Positions 31,272-42,271 are shown, counted from the stretch's first letter. The stretch: DNA of 64,000 nt from an uncultured Chloroflexia bacterium (GCA_963700285.1 CAVOXA010000014.1:608001-672000), one strand, 5' to 3'. Notes: generated by a model from the sequence alone, not told the origin. Program-made: numbers and translations.

Positions 31272-32458
31272 AGATCCTGCTTGTTCTGACCTACTACCAC
31301 CCCCACGTCAGCGGACTGACCATTTATGTACAGCGGTTGGCCACAGCTCTTGCCCGCAAGGGACACCGAGTCACGGTGTTAACGTCGCACTATGACCCGG
31401 CGCTGCCTGCCGAGGAAGTGATCGACGGTGTGCATGTTGTGCGCGCGCCTGTACTGTTCCGGATCAGCAAAGGCGTGATTATGCCCACCTTTCCTCTGCT
31501 GGCTTGGCGCTACATCCGCCGGCACGACATTACAAGTGTCCACCTACCCCAGTTTGAGGCTGGCCTGCTCGGCTTGCTGGGACGCCTGGCGCGGAGGCCG
31601 CTGGTTCTCACCTACCATTGCGATCTCGAGTTGCCCAAGGGCCGGTTCAACCGTGTCGTAGATAGGGTAGTCTTTGCCAGCAACTATCTTGCCGGGCATC
31701 TGGCACAAACTGCGGTCGCCTATACCCAGGACTTTGCCCAACACTCCCTCTTTCTCTCGCGATTCCTGGACAAGGTACGCGTGATCGCGCCGCCGGTTAT
31801 CATGCCGGCACCGGACCTCACCAGCGTCGAAGCATTCCGTGCCCAACATGACCTGGTTGATCGCCAGGTCATCGGGATGGCCGCAAGGCTGGCCACGGAG
31901 AAGGGCGTCGAGGTGCTCGTCGGGGCCATGCCCCGGCTGCTGCAAGCCTATCCCCGACTGAAAGTACTCTTTGCCGGGCAGTACGAGTACGTGATGGGCG
32001 AGGAAGCCTACTACCGGCGCTTGATGCCGATGATCGACCATCTGGGATCCGAGCATTGGGAGTTTCTGGGCATTCTCCCACAAGCGCAGATGCCAGCCTT
32101 TTTTGCCGCTTGCGACGTGCTGGTCGTGCCCAGTCTGAACTCTACCGAGTCGTTCGGATTGGTGCAGGTAGAGGCGATGCTGTGTGGAACCCCCTCCGTC
32201 GCCAGCAATCTACCTGGCGTGCGCCAACCACCACTTGTAACCGGCATGGGCCAGGTGACAGAGATTGGCAATTCGGACGCCCTGGCCGAGGCTATCATCC
32301 AAATCATCCAGGATCCAGAGGACTATGCCCGGCCCAGGCAGGTCATCGAGGACACCTTCAGTCTGGAACGCACGGTCACCAGCTACGAGGCATTATTCGA
32401 AGAGCTGGTCTCCGGCGGCGCCCGGATCAGCCAACCCGTAAAAGCTCGCGAGGCGTGA
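31268..32458 (+). CDS. Glycosyltransferase family 4
   Basis: YYHPHVSG, ARLATEKG, ESFGLVQVEAM. Confidence 0.92.
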   Translation: MKILLVLTYYHPHVSGLTIYVQRLATALARKGHRVTVLTSHYDPALPAEEVIDGVHVVRAPVLFRISKGVIMPTFPLLAWRYIRRHDITSVHLPQFEAGLLGLLGRLARRPLVLTYHCDLELPKGRFNRVVDRVVFASNYLAGHLAQTAVAYTQDFAQHSLFLSRFLDKVRVIAPPVIMPAPDLTSVEAFRAQHDLVDRQVIGMAARLATEKGVEVLVGAMPRLLQAYPRLKVLFAGQYEYVMGEEAYYRRLMPMIDHLGSEHWEFLGILPQAQMPAFFAACDVLVVPSLNSTESFGLVQVEAMLCGTPSVASNLPGVRQPPLVTGMGQVTEIGNSDALAEAIIQIIQDPEDYARPRQVIEDTFSLERTVTSYEALFEELVSGGARISQPVKAREA

Positions 32459-32510
32459 CGGGTGATCGGCGATGCGTACCTCGTGAGTCATCATGCGTGA
32501 CGCGCGACCC

Positions 32511-33296
32511 ATGGACGACGACTTTCTCTGGCGGCATCTGAAAGACTTGCCTGCATTCCGGGCGTTGTTGCGGGCTGTTGAGGCCCGGCTTTATCAGGAT
32601 CTCTTGCCCCTCAAGGAGCCGGTCCTCGATGTGGGCTGTGGCGATGGTCATTTTGCATCGGTTGCCTTCCCCAGTCCTCTCGCGGTTGGCATAGACCCGG
32701 CGGGCGCTGTCCTCCGCGAAGCGCGGGAGCGAGGTGCCTATAGGATCCTGGCCCAATCCCTGGGCGATGCCCTTCCTGTTCCCGACAAAAGAATCGCTAC
32801 GGTTGTCAGCAACTCCGTACTCGAGCACATTCCCCAGGTTGATCCTGTCCTGACCGAGATCGCGCGCGTCCTCAAGCCTGGAGGGAGATTTATCTTTTGT
32901 GTACCCAGCGAGCACTTTACGGAACTGCTGTTTTTCACGCAGGCCTTCCGCCTGCTCGGGTTGAAAAACCTGGCCGGTTCTTACCAGCGGTATTTCGACC
33001 GTATCTCACGCCACCATCACTGTGACGGGATCGAGACATGGCAAGCACGCTTGGCCAGGGCCGACCTGCGCCTCTTGGATTCGTTTTACTACTTTTCTGA
33101 ACAAGCCTTGCACGCGCTGGATCTGGGCCACTACTTTGGCGCGCCCAGCCTGCTGACAAAGAAGCTATTCGACCGGTGGATCCTGGCCCCCTTCCACTGG
33201 AACCTGGCCTTGACTGAACGCTGGCTGCGCCCCCTCTACGAAGAACCTCTGCCTCAAGTTGGCGCCTACCTTTTCTTCATAGCAATCAGGAACTGA
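32511..33296 (+). CDS. Class I SAM-dependent methyltransferase
   Basis: VLDVGCGDG, SNSVLEHIP, RVLKPGG; start 32493 is also possible. Confidence 0.85.
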   Translation: MDDDFLWRHLKDLPAFRALLRAVEARLYQDLLPLKEPVLDVGCGDGHFASVAFPSPLAVGIDPAGAVLREARERGAYRILAQSLGDALPVPDKRIATVVSNSVLEHIPQVDPVLTEIARVLKPGGRFIFCVPSEHFTELLFFTQAFRLLGLKNLAGSYQRYFDRISRHHHCDGIETWQARLARADLRLLDSFYYFSEQALHALDLGHYFGAPSLLTKKLFDRWILAPFHWNLALTERWLRPLYEEPLPQVGAYLFFIAIRN

Positions 33297-33359
33297 TTGC
33301 GTCAGATTGCCGCAGTCAGGAACTGATTGCCGCAGTCAGGAACTGATTGCCGCAGTCAG
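33282..33359. repeat. 20-bp tandem repeat of hairpin units
   Basis: GATTGCCGCAGTCAGGAACT x2.75 (33305-33359), preceded by GCAATCAG-GAA-CTGATTGC spanning the stop codon. Confidence 0.85.
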
Positions 33360-33490
33360 AGCCCAAGTACCGCAGTGACTACTTTGGCGTTCCCGTGGAA
33401 CAATGCTATAATGCTTGGCGCGATCCCTCTGCAGGCTGCCTGCATGGGCATTGTGTCAAGGTCTTTCACTTCCAGAAGATCAGTTGGTGG

Positions 33491-35521
33491 TTGCGCGTGA
33501 CAAGAGGTCGTCGTACGGCAGCGCTTCTGCTCCTAGCAACTGCTCTGGGCTTGGCTGCGCTTGGACAGTCCTACTTTTTCTTCCGCCGGGGTTATTTGTG
33601 GGACGGTCTCGTCCTGCACGGCTTGGCGGCGATCTGTTTTGGGTTGGCCTGGCGAGCCACGACACCGAGTAACCGGAAACCTCTACGACCGGGAACCGGC
33701 TCCGTGCGGTTGAGCCAGTGGATCCATGGCCAGCCCATTCGAGCAGTCCTCATGTTGCTGGGTCTGATACTGGGACTGACCGCTGCGCTATTGTCCCAGA
33801 GTAGGGCCTGGAATCAATCCGCCCTCGATGCCGTGGCACTGTGGCTTCTGGGCATAGGCGCTGTGGCGGCAGCGGCGATCTGGCCCAGTTCCCCACGATC
33901 TGGCCGCCCTGAAGGCAGGCGGCTTCGGCTGGAACGCATGAGCCGGGATACGTGGCTGGAGATGGCCACCGTCGCCGCCGTGACACTGCTTGCCCTAATC
34001 CTGCGGGTCGCGGCACTGGATCGGGTGCCCTATACGCTTGGCGGCGACGAGGCCTGGCACGGTCTGCTGGCCCGGCAGGTACTCAGTGGCGAGTTGCGCA
34101 ATCCCTTTGTGATGGGCTACATGTCCATGCCCACATTTTTCTATTGGCCCATCAGCTGGTCTCTGCGGCTCGTGGGGAATGACATTATTGGCCTGCGGAT
34201 GCCAGCGGCTTTGGCGGGTATGGTGACCATACCCATCCTCTACCTTTTCGCGCGCCGCCTTTGGGGCAGGCGGATCGCCCTCCTCTGCGCTCTCTTCCTG
34301 ACCGCCTATGACTACCACATTCACTACAGCCGCCTGGGTGCCAACAACGTGTGGGATCCGTTTTTTGTAGTGTTAACGCTGTGGCTCGTTGATCTGGGCC
34401 TGACTTGCAGGGACAGGCTTGGCAGCTCCCGATTCTTCGCCCTGGCCGGCCTCGTGGCGGGCCTGAGTGTATTCTACTACACAGGGGCGAGGCTTCTTCC
34501 CCCCTTGGTTGCGGTGTACGTGACCTTCGTATGGATCAAGAGAACTAGATCCCAAAAAACAGGGGAATGGCCTGGCAGCTATGCGGGGCCCCTGCTCGCG
34601 CTGGCCATGGCTTTCCTCGTGGCCGCAGGACCCATGCTGGGCCTCGCACTGTCACATCCTGACGACTGGAACGCTCGGATCAACCAGGTTGGCATCATTC
34701 AATCTGGTTGGCTTGCGCAAGAGCCAGGCTTGACGGGCAAGACTTTGTTGCAGGTCCTGGTCGAACAGTTCCTTCGAGCAGCGGGAGCATTCCATGTCTT
34801 CCCCGACCGCACTGCGTGGTACGGCGCCGATCAGCCGCTGCTGGGTCCCGTGGCCGGGGGCTTTGCCATATTTGGAATGGCTTGGGCGCTGTTTCACTGG
34901 CGGGAGCGACGCCATTTCCTGGTGCTGATCTGGTTCTGGTCCGTCGTCCTCACTGGCGGCATGCTGACCGAAAGCCCACCCTCCAGCCAGCGATTGGTAA
35001 TTGCCATTCCGGCTGTGTCGATTCTTGTGGCCCTTGGGCTGGAGCGAACCGTAGCTCTACTCCGGCGGCTCCTCGATCTGAAACATGACCTGTGGGACGG
35101 CATCGTACCGGCCGCGCTGATGGCGGTGCTGATGATCGTAGCCGTACGCTTTTACTTTGTTGAATTTACCTCCGCGCGGCGCTACGGCAGCGCCAATGGC
35201 GAGACAGCGACGATGATGGCCTACTATTTACGGGAACTGGAAGGGAACCCCCATGCCTACTTGTTGGGGGCGCCCCGCCTTTATTGGGGCTTTGGCACGA
35301 TGGAGTTCATGGCGCCAAAAATACAGGGCTTTGACATCGTGGACCCCCTCGATGCACCTCCTGACTTTTTAGACACAAGCCAAGGAGCTATCTTTCTCTT
35401 TCTGCCTGAACGCGCCGGTGAACTCGGGTGGGTGACAAAGGCGTTTCCAGAGGGGGAAACGCACCAGTTCTATGATAAGGGTGGTGAACTCAGGTTCACG
35501 GCCTACACTGTGGCTCCCTAG
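33491..35521 (+). CDS. GT-C fold glycosyltransferase (GT39/PMT-like)
   Basis: LRVAALD..GGDE, HIHYSRLG, many TM helices; start uncertain, TGCTATAAT at 33404-33412 upstream. Confidence 0.8.
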   Translation: MRVTRGRRTAALLLLATALGLAALGQSYFFFRRGYLWDGLVLHGLAAICFGLAWRATTPSNRKPLRPGTGSVRLSQWIHGQPIRAVLMLLGLILGLTAALLSQSRAWNQSALDAVALWLLGIGAVAAAAIWPSSPRSGRPEGRRLRLERMSRDTWLEMATVAAVTLLALILRVAALDRVPYTLGGDEAWHGLLARQVLSGELRNPFVMGYMSMPTFFYWPISWSLRLVGNDIIGLRMPAALAGMVTIPILYLFARRLWGRRIALLCALFLTAYDYHIHYSRLGANNVWDPFFVVLTLWLVDLGLTCRDRLGSSRFFALAGLVAGLSVFYYTGARLLPPLVAVYVTFVWIKRTRSQKTGEWPGSYAGPLLALAMAFLVAAGPMLGLALSHPDDWNARINQVGIIQSGWLAQEPGLTGKTLLQVLVEQFLRAAGAFHVFPDRTAWYGADQPLLGPVAGGFAIFGMAWALFHWRERRHFLVLIWFWSVVLTGGMLTESPPSSQRLVIAIPAVSILVALGLERTVALLRRLLDLKHDLWDGIVPAALMAVLMIVAVRFYFVEFTSARRYGSANGETATMMAYYLRELEGNPHAYLLGAPRLYWGFGTMEFMAPKIQGFDIVDPLDAPPDFLDTSQGAIFLFLPERAGELGWVTKAFPEGETHQFYDKGGELRFTAYTVAP

Positions 35522-35606
35522 CGCTGCCTTGAACCCTGGCCATTCTGCTGCAGAGCCTTCCCTTGCGCCGTCGTATTCTGTACAGAACCGGGGGCTTTCG
35601 GGATTT

Positions 35607-36449
35607 CTAGATCCCCGTGGCCGATTCTCCTGCCCGAGAATCCCCAGAGTCACCGACCCCGTGGTTGCAGTTTGATGCACCGGCGTCTTTCCTCGCCTGC
35701 CACCACAGGATCAGCAGCCCTATCCCAGTCGCAAGAATCAATAGCAGATCGATCCCTTGGCTCAGTCGCCAAGGGCCGAGGTAGACCGTTTCGTCTCCGC
35801 GGGTGGACGCCAGAAGGAGCATACCGGCAGAGTAGAGGAAGACATACATCAGAAAGGCTGCACCGTGGAAGGACCAGCGCCTTCTTAGCAACCAGAAACC
35901 GACAAAGAGAAGCAGGGCATAGGTCAGGCCAACCACCTGGGTGGCAAATCGTGGCGCATCAACACCGAACAGATCAGGAAGGATGATGTGGCCAAAGCCC
36001 TCGCCAACCGCGCCGTAGGCGCAGCCCCCCACCAGGCAAGCTGTCCAGCCAAACACGATGCCAGCGGAAAGGCTCAATACGAGGGCATCAGCCAACTTCC
36101 AGAAAAAGTGCAGGCCTGCAGCCCGCCTGTGGGCGCCGGCATAGAGTATCACCGCCAACAACCCTCCAAGAAATGCCCCGTGGTAGGACAGCCCGCCTTC
36201 CCAGATCCGTGGTACCAGGGTCCAGCCCTCGGCAAAGACAGCCCAGTTGGCCAGCACGAATCCGATACGCCCACCCAAGAGTCCGCCGACGACAACCCAC
36301 AATCCAAGATCCAGTGCTGTCTCCCCTTTCCCGAGGATCCGTTTTCCCTCAGAGTAGGCTAGCAGTAGACCCAGGATGAGTCCCAGGTCAAGCAGAATGG
36401 TATAGGTGGGAACAGGCCATCGGCCAATCGTGAACAGCGTCGGATACAT
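35607..36449 (-). CDS. lgt: Prolipoprotein diacylglyceryl transferase family protein
   Basis: MYPTLFTIG, GGRIGFV, IWEGGLSYHGAFLGG, GCAYG. Confidence 0.75.
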   Translation of the reverse strand: MYPTLFTIGRWPVPTYTILLDLGLILGLLLAYSEGKRILGKGETALDLGLWVVVGGLLGGRIGFVLANWAVFAEGWTLVPRIWEGGLSYHGAFLGGLLAVILYAGAHRRAAGLHFFWKLADALVLSLSAGIVFGWTACLVGGCAYGAVGEGFGHIILPDLFGVDAPRFATQVVGLTYALLLFVGFWLLRRRWSFHGAAFLMYVFLYSAGMLLLASTRGDETVYLGPWRLSQGIDLLLILATGIGLLILWWQARKDAGASNCNHGVGDSGDSRAGESATGI

Positions 36450-36469
36450 AGTCGATAGACCGCTCGGGC

Positions 36470-38965
36470 CTACTCGCAAAGTCCTTCGACGATGCGCTCA
36501 TAGCGCTCGGTCAGCTCATCGGCTTCCCCGTCGCTGCCGGCCTCGGCATGGATATGGAACTTTGGGTAGTCTGGATCGGGCAGGATCAGCACCCATTCCG
36601 CTTCGCCCAGCAAGATCTTGATGCCATCGATGAGATCGGCACGGCGATCCTTGTACTGCTGGTTCAGCAGACGCATGACTTTTCCCTTATTCTCCCAGGC
36701 ACAAGAGACTTCGCGGTGCCTGATGGCAAAGGGCGGCAGCCCAGCCACAACGTCTGCGAGACTCGTATCCTGGGTGGCCAGGAACTCTAGCAGTTTAACA
36801 GCGGCCATCAGGCCATCAATGGTAGGATGAAAACGGGGAAAGACAAAGTTGCCCGTGCCGTCGGCGGCGACGACCACCCCCTCCCGCTCTGACATGTCCA
36901 TGAGCGCATGGGGATCCACCTTGCAGCGGAGTACCTGGCCGCCATGTTCAGCCGCGATCCGTTCAAAGATGCTGGGCATGTGGACCGGGACCACAATGGT
37001 GCCCCCTGGGTTTGCCCGCAGCGCCAGGGTGGCCAATGCTGCTGCGGCATGCACACCTGACACGCGCCCGCCGGTGTGATCGACCAAAAAGATCTTTTCA
37101 CCACCCACGTCAAAGCGGACCCCCAGGCGTGTATCCAAGGCACCGGTAATCAGGCTTAATTCCTTGAGCGCTTTGTCAAAGGTCTCGGGCGACACCGACA
37201 TCTTGTCGCCATCAACATGCGCTGCCAGAGGCACTACCTCGACGCCCAGATCACTCAGGATAGGAGATAGAACCTCAGAAGCAGGAGCGTAGGCATAGTC
37301 CACGACGATCTGGAATCCTGCCTGGCGGATGGCCTCGGCATCGACCGCATCCAGAAATCCCTGGGTATAGGTTTCAGCCACCTGGGGCGCATACTCAATG
37401 GTACCTATCTCATCCAGATAGACCCGTCGAAAGTCTTCGCGGAAGAAAATACGCTCGATGCCCCGCTCGGCGTCTTTGCTCATGTTGCGGCCCTGGTCAT
37501 CAAAGAAGCGAATATCCACCACGCGCCGGTCAAAGGGTGACAGACGAACGTGCACACACCCAACTGCGTCGGTCACTCGCGTGTAGTAGCGGGCCACCGG
37601 TATGGGCACTGAGCGCAGATCCCTGGCGTGCATGCCGGCAGAGGGCAGGCCGGAAATGACCGCGCGTTTGATCATCCGCGGACTGCGATGTGGATCGCGG
37701 TTAATGGTAACGCTACAGCCTTTGGGCAGGGTCGCCCCAAAGGCTGCACCCATCTTGGCCGCGAATTCGGGGGTCAAGTCCACGTTGACCACACCCGTGA
37801 CGCCAAATCGTCCAAAGAGCACGCGCCGGCCCCGCGCTCCCCAGATGATACTCGTCTTCACGATGGCGCCCGGCTCGATCTCTTTCTCAGGCCAGACCTT
37901 CACGTTGGCGTGGAGCACCGCTGCCTCACCAACGATGGAGCTATCGCCCAATACCACTCCCTCAAAGAGTACAGCCTTGCTCTTGATCGTGCATTGGCGA
38001 CCGACGATCGCCCCACGCAACTCGGCGCCCTCGCCAATGTAACAATTCCTCCAGATAATGCTGCGGTCGATGTGCGCCCTGTTGTCCACGATGGTATAGT
38101 CGCGGATTACCGTTGGACCATGAATGATCACACCGCCCTTGATCTTGACCTCTTCACCCAGGTAGATGGGCCCATAAAGCTGGGCATCGGGGGCAATCTC
38201 TACATTCTCGCCGCACCAGATATCACCGCCAATGTGCCGCCCCAGCTCCTCGGTCTGCACCCGGTGATGAAGCACATCACCTGTGGCACGCATATACTCG
38301 GCGATGTCGCCAACATCGGTCCAGTTTCCATCGGCCACATAGCCATAGATTGGCCGGCCAGACTCTAGCAATGTGGGAAAGATGTCCTGGCTCCAGTCGG
38401 TCTTGACACCTTCTTCCATGAGATCCAAAACAGAGGGATCGATCACATAGATACCGGTGTTTACCGTATCAGATATTACCTCACCCCAGGATGGCTTCTC
38501 CAAGAATTGGGTGATCTTGCCATCTGGATTGGTGATAATCACCCCGTACTCCAACGGGTTGGGAACACGATACAAGGTCAAAGTAGCCTCGGCGTCCTTT
38601 GCCTCATGGAAGTCGATGACCTGTTTGAGGTCAATATCGGTGACGGCGTCGCCACTGATGATGAGAAAGGGCTCATCCAGAAACTCCTGGGCATTCTTGA
38701 CACTGCCTGCCGTACCAAGGGGAGTCTCCTCAATCGCATAGTGGAGCTTCATGCCCAGGCTGCTGCCATCACCAAAGTAGCTCTGAATTACCTCTGGCAT
38801 AAAATGCAGTGTGATCACAACCTCGGTGATACCCTGACGTTTGAGAAGGTCTAAAATGTGGCCCATCACCGGTTTGGAGGCCATGGGAACCATCGGCTTG
38901 GGGCGACCGATGGTCAGGGGGCGCAGGCGCGAACCCTCACCGCCAGCCATTACGACTGCTTTCAT
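36470..38965 (-). CDS. Mannose-1-phosphate guanylyltransferase / phosphomannomutase-like fusion
   Basis: [21 protein letters not shown], hexapeptide beta-helix, then LFGRFGVTG phosphohexomutase domains. Confidence 0.92.
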   Translation of the reverse strand: MKAVVMAGGEGSRLRPLTIGRPKPMVPMASKPVMGHILDLLKRQGITEVVITLHFMPEVIQSYFGDGSSLGMKLHYAIEETPLGTAGSVKNAQEFLDEPFLIISGDAVTDIDLKQVIDFHEAKDAEATLTLYRVPNPLEYGVIITNPDGKITQFLEKPSWGEVISDTVNTGIYVIDPSVLDLMEEGVKTDWSQDIFPTLLESGRPIYGYVADGNWTDVGDIAEYMRATGDVLHHRVQTEELGRHIGGDIWCGENVEIAPDAQLYGPIYLGEEVKIKGGVIIHGPTVIRDYTIVDNRAHIDRSIIWRNCYIGEGAELRGAIVGRQCTIKSKAVLFEGVVLGDSSIVGEAAVLHANVKVWPEKEIEPGAIVKTSIIWGARGRRVLFGRFGVTGVVNVDLTPEFAAKMGAAFGATLPKGCSVTINRDPHRSPRMIKRAVISGLPSAGMHARDLRSVPIPVARYYTRVTDAVGCVHVRLSPFDRRVVDIRFFDDQGRNMSKDAERGIERIFFREDFRRVYLDEIGTIEYAPQVAETYTQGFLDAVDAEAIRQAGFQIVVDYAYAPASEVLSPILSDLGVEVVPLAAHVDGDKMSVSPETFDKALKELSLITGALDTRLGVRFDVGGEKIFLVDHTGGRVSGVHAAAALATLALRANPGGTIVVPVHMPSIFERIAAEHGGQVLRCKVDPHALMDMSEREGVVVAADGTGNFVFPRFHPTIDGLMAAVKLLEFLATQDTSLADVVAGLPPFAIRHREVSCAWENKGKVMRLLNQQYKDRRADLIDGIKILLGEAEWVLILPDPDYPKFHIHAEAGSDGEADELTERYERIVEGLCE

Positions 38966-39062
38966 CTTGTGCTCCTTTCAGCGGACCTGGAAGGTACTTG
39001 ATCGCCGCCACCCGAGCGGGTGTGAAACACCATGTCCAAGTTCAGAATCCTTGATCACCTGG

Positions 39063-39091
39063 ATTATACTCGAAAAGCCAGCCTGCGGCAA
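39063..39091 (-). promoter_or_regulatory. sigma70 promoter
   Basis: TTGCCG-17 nt-TATAAT on the minus strand. Confidence 0.65.
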
Positions 39092-39150
39092 GCGGCAGCC
39101 ACCACCTTTGTTCTATTCAATGGCAGATCGGCTCGGGTACGCTTGAACAC

Positions 39151-39179
39151 TTGACAGCAACAATCTACCGGGCTATACT
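39151..39179 (+). promoter_or_regulatory. sigma70 promoter
   Basis: TTGACA-17 nt-TATACT. Confidence 0.75.
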
Positions 39180-39274
39180 TGCGCCTGTCGCCGGTCCGGC
39201 TGCAGCCATGCCCTGGCAGCAGCGGAATGCCCTCGGCCAGGGGAATCAGATAGCCCACAGAAAGGATGCGCAGC

Positions 39275-40351
39275 ATGAGCCAGCAGAAAGAGATCCTGTC
39301 ACGATTCTACGGAGAGGCGGGCACGGGTACCCTCTACCTCCCGGACCTCACTCTTTGGTATGATTGGCATCATGGGCAAGATACCCTACCTCCTGAATGG
39401 CATGGCGCCACGCTGCCTGATATCGCCCGATCCATGGGCGTACCAGCATGGCTGCCCCTGAAACCATGGTGGGTCGAGATGCGGGGAGTGCAGATTGAGA
39501 TCATTGAGCAAGATGGCGAACGACTCGTCCGCTGGGAGACGCCCAGCGGAGAGATGCAAGCCCGCTGGATCTTTGGCCCCGACGGCGACTGGTGGCAGAC
39601 CGAGTATCCGGTCAAGACCGCAGGTGATCTCCGAACTGCCCTGGAAGCTGTCGAGGCCCGGACCTACGTGCTGGATCCGGCCGCGCTGGAGCGGAGCAGG
39701 CAGTCGGTGGGCCAAGATGGCATCTTGGCGCTAGAGATCCCACGCCGCCCCTATTCCGACCTGTTGCACGAGTTGCTGGGTTGGAACGAGGGACTATTGC
39801 TGCTGGGCGAGCCAGCGGTCCAGGAGGCGCTGAACTGCCTGGAGGAGAAGCTCCAGCATCTCGTAAGGGATGTCGCAACCCTGCCTGGAGACATTGTCTT
39901 TTCCCCGGACAACCTGGACGGTCAGTTCATCTCGCCCCGAATGTTCACAATGCATCTAGCCGGCAGCTACCGGCAGACAGCCGGGGTTCTGCACGAACAG
40001 GACAAACAATTCGTGGTACACGTCGGCGGGCCGATCCGGCACCTTATCAAACCCCTGGCCGAGGCGGACATCGACGGCATTGAGGGGATCGCTGGACCAC
40101 CACAGAGCAATGCCACACTGGCCGAAGCACGGGCGCTGGCTGGCCCGGATGTGACACTATGGGGCGGTATTGCCCAAGACCTGCTGGTTGAGACCTATGA
40201 AGAAGAGAGGTTCTCGGACGCGGTAGAGCAAGCTGTGTGCGAAGCCAAAGGCGACAGCCGCATGATCCTGGGTGTGGCCGACCGTGTACCGGTGAACGCC
40301 AACCTGGAGCGGCTCATGATGCTCCAGTCATTGATCCACCAGTTCTCATGA
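39275..40351 (+). CDS. Uroporphyrinogen decarboxylase / MtaA-CmuA-like superfamily protein
   Basis: EYPVKT, DNLDGQFISP, H..G, TLWGGI, ILGVAD. Confidence 0.7.
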   Translation: MSQQKEILSRFYGEAGTGTLYLPDLTLWYDWHHGQDTLPPEWHGATLPDIARSMGVPAWLPLKPWWVEMRGVQIEIIEQDGERLVRWETPSGEMQARWIFGPDGDWWQTEYPVKTAGDLRTALEAVEARTYVLDPAALERSRQSVGQDGILALEIPRRPYSDLLHELLGWNEGLLLLGEPAVQEALNCLEEKLQHLVRDVATLPGDIVFSPDNLDGQFISPRMFTMHLAGSYRQTAGVLHEQDKQFVVHVGGPIRHLIKPLAEADIDGIEGIAGPPQSNATLAEARALAGPDVTLWGGIAQDLLVETYEEERFSDAVEQAVCEAKGDSRMILGVADRVPVNANLERLMMLQSLIHQFS

Positions 40352-40401
40352 TCTTACGGGTATTTCAGGCCAGTCGATGTCGGAGCAGAAGCCATTGGCC
40401 A

Positions 40402-41151
40402 CTAATGGGGCAATTCGTCCAAGGTCCTGAGTAGTGCCAGGGTGGCAGCTACCACTTGATCCATTTGGGCTGCCCGAGTTATAGAGGCTTCGTTGTCGCC
40501 GACCTGGTGACCATACCAGCCGAACTGGGCGTGGTTGCCGCCCTCGATGGGGACCCAGGTGGTATCGGGCGGCAATAAGGGACGGGAAGTAGCGATCTTG
40601 TCCTCCGTTGCCAGACCATCCAACGTGCCATAGATGGAGGCCACAGCCATGTCACGGCCTGATAGATCATCGTCACTGGCTGGATAGGAGGCCCACAGTG
40701 CCAGCCCTTGGCTGGCGTCCGGGTTCTGATAGGCAAAGCGGGCGGCCATGGCTCCGCCCAGGGAATGGCCGCCAATGGCCCATTGCTGCACTTTGGGAAA
40801 GGCGGCCATCACATCTGCAGCACGGTCCGGGGCCAGGATGGCCAGACCCAAGGGCATGGGGACGATGGCAACCAGGTAGCCCTCCGCAGCCAGGGCACGG
40901 GCTGCTGGAGCGTAGGCACGGGGATCGACGCGCCCGCCCGGATAAAAGACAAGACCCGTGCTAGGCGCCTCTCCAGCCGCCTGGAACACGAGCCAAGGCT
41001 CAGTCTCAACTCGCACTTGGCCATCAGGTTGCAGCGCAGCCAATGCCTCAGGCATGGGAGCCGGCCCGCTGGTAGCCCAAAGCACAAAGCCGGCCACGGC
41101 GACAGCCGGCACGAGCAGCACCAGCCACCACCACCTTTTCAGTTTCCTCAT
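40402..41151 (-). CDS. Membrane-anchored alpha/beta hydrolase
   Basis: N-terminal TM, FYPGGRV, GHSLGG, GGNHAQFG. Confidence 0.9.
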   Translation of the reverse strand: MRKLKRWWWLVLLVPAVAVAGFVLWATSGPAPMPEALAALQPDGQVRVETEPWLVFQAAGEAPSTGLVFYPGGRVDPRAYAPAARALAAEGYLVAIVPMPLGLAILAPDRAADVMAAFPKVQQWAIGGHSLGGAMAARFAYQNPDASQGLALWASYPASDDDLSGRDMAVASIYGTLDGLATEDKIATSRPLLPPDTTWVPIEGGNHAQFGWYGHQVGDNEASITRAAQMDQVVAATLALLRTLDELPH

Positions 41152-41366
41152 GACAACCCTCCGGCTACCCTGATACCTGTCGCGATACTCGCAAAGGTCT
41201 CAAACTCCAGAGCAGCCCAGTTGTAGAGCGCATATGAACCGGGCGGCGATGGGTGGCATCCCTGCGGACTACACAACAAGCGAGCCCATCGCCAAGGCGA
41301 CGGGCTCGAAAACTTGTAGGATCCGGCAAGGGAAGCCACATCGGCAAACCCAAACACCCCCCTGGG

Positions 41367-41783
41367 CTAGCTGTGGCTTTCAGCCATATGCTCCGCCGAC
41401 TGCCTGACCAGTTCTCGCAAGGTCTCAAGATCCACATCCTCGAGCTTGTTGATGTAGAGACACGATTTTCCGGTCTTGTACTTGCCGAGATCCGCCAGCA
41501 GGGCATCATAGTCGTCAAAGCCCGACATGATATACAGCGTCAAATTCTGCTTTCGCGGAGAAAAGCCCACGAGAGGCCATTCGCCTTCACTTCCGGAGGC
41601 GTACCTGTAACGATAGCTGCCAAAGCCGACGATACTCGTACCCCACATCGCTGGTTCCTGTCCGGTCACCTCTTGCATAAGCTCCAGGATGGCCAAGCTG
41701 TCCTTACGTTTCTTCTCGCCGGGAACGCTGTCCAGAAAATCAACGACGCTGGCATCGGTCTTCTGAGTCTTGAGCTTGGCCAT
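41367..41783 (-). CDS. DUF1801 (YdhG-like) protein
   Basis: MWGTSIVGFGSY, GFSPRK, GKSCLYI. Confidence 0.85.
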   Translation of the reverse strand: MAKLKTQKTDASVVDFLDSVPGEKKRKDSLAILELMQEVTGQEPAMWGTSIVGFGSYRYRYASGSEGEWPLVGFSPRKQNLTLYIMSGFDDYDALLADLGKYKTGKSCLYINKLEDVDLETLRELVRQSAEHMAESHS

Positions 41784-41785
41784 GC

Positions 41786-42202
41786 CTATACCAGCTTGGC
41801 CTCCAGTCTAATTTCGGGTCCGGTCAGAGCTTTTGAGACGGGGCAGTCGTTCTTTGCGGCTTCGGCGAGCGCCATGAATTCTTCCTGGCCAACACCGGGA
41901 ACGTCAGCCTCCGTACGAAGCTTGATCAAGGCAATTGTGGGTCCCTCGCGAAGGTGGACAGCCGCCGTCGTGTAGATGCGCGTAGGCGTATAGCCCGCAT
42001 CGGTGAGCAGGGCCGCCAGGAACTGTGAAAAGCATGCGGCATGCGCCGCGCCGACCAGTTCCTCCGGGTTCGTCCCAGGCCCTTCCTCAAAGCGCGAGGA
42101 AAATGAATAGGGCCCCTCGAAAGCACCGCTGGCCAGCCTCACGCTGCCAGCGCCTTCTTTTAGGGTACCCTTCCAGTCAGCAGATGAAGTACGAATTGGC
42201 AT
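41786..42202 (-). CDS. osmC: OsmC peroxiredoxin
   Basis: YSFSSRFE, TNPEELVGAAHAACF, CPVSKAL. Confidence 0.93.
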   Translation of the reverse strand: MPIRTSSADWKGTLKEGAGSVRLASGAFEGPYSFSSRFEEGPGTNPEELVGAAHAACFSQFLAALLTDAGYTPTRIYTTAAVHLREGPTIALIKLRTEADVPGVGQEEFMALAEAAKNDCPVSKALTGPEIRLEAKLV

Positions 42203-42242
42203 TGTTCCCTCCCTTTCTCATCTTTCTGAAGTAGCAATCTCC

Positions 42243-42271
42243 AGAATACCCTACAAAGATGAACAAGTCAA
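42243..42271 (-). promoter_or_regulatory. sigma70 promoter of osmC
   Basis: TTGACT-17 nt-TATTCT. Confidence 0.6.

Noticed and set aside
33282-33359. CRISPR array
   Set aside because: Repeats are contiguous with no spacers, and there are no cas genes
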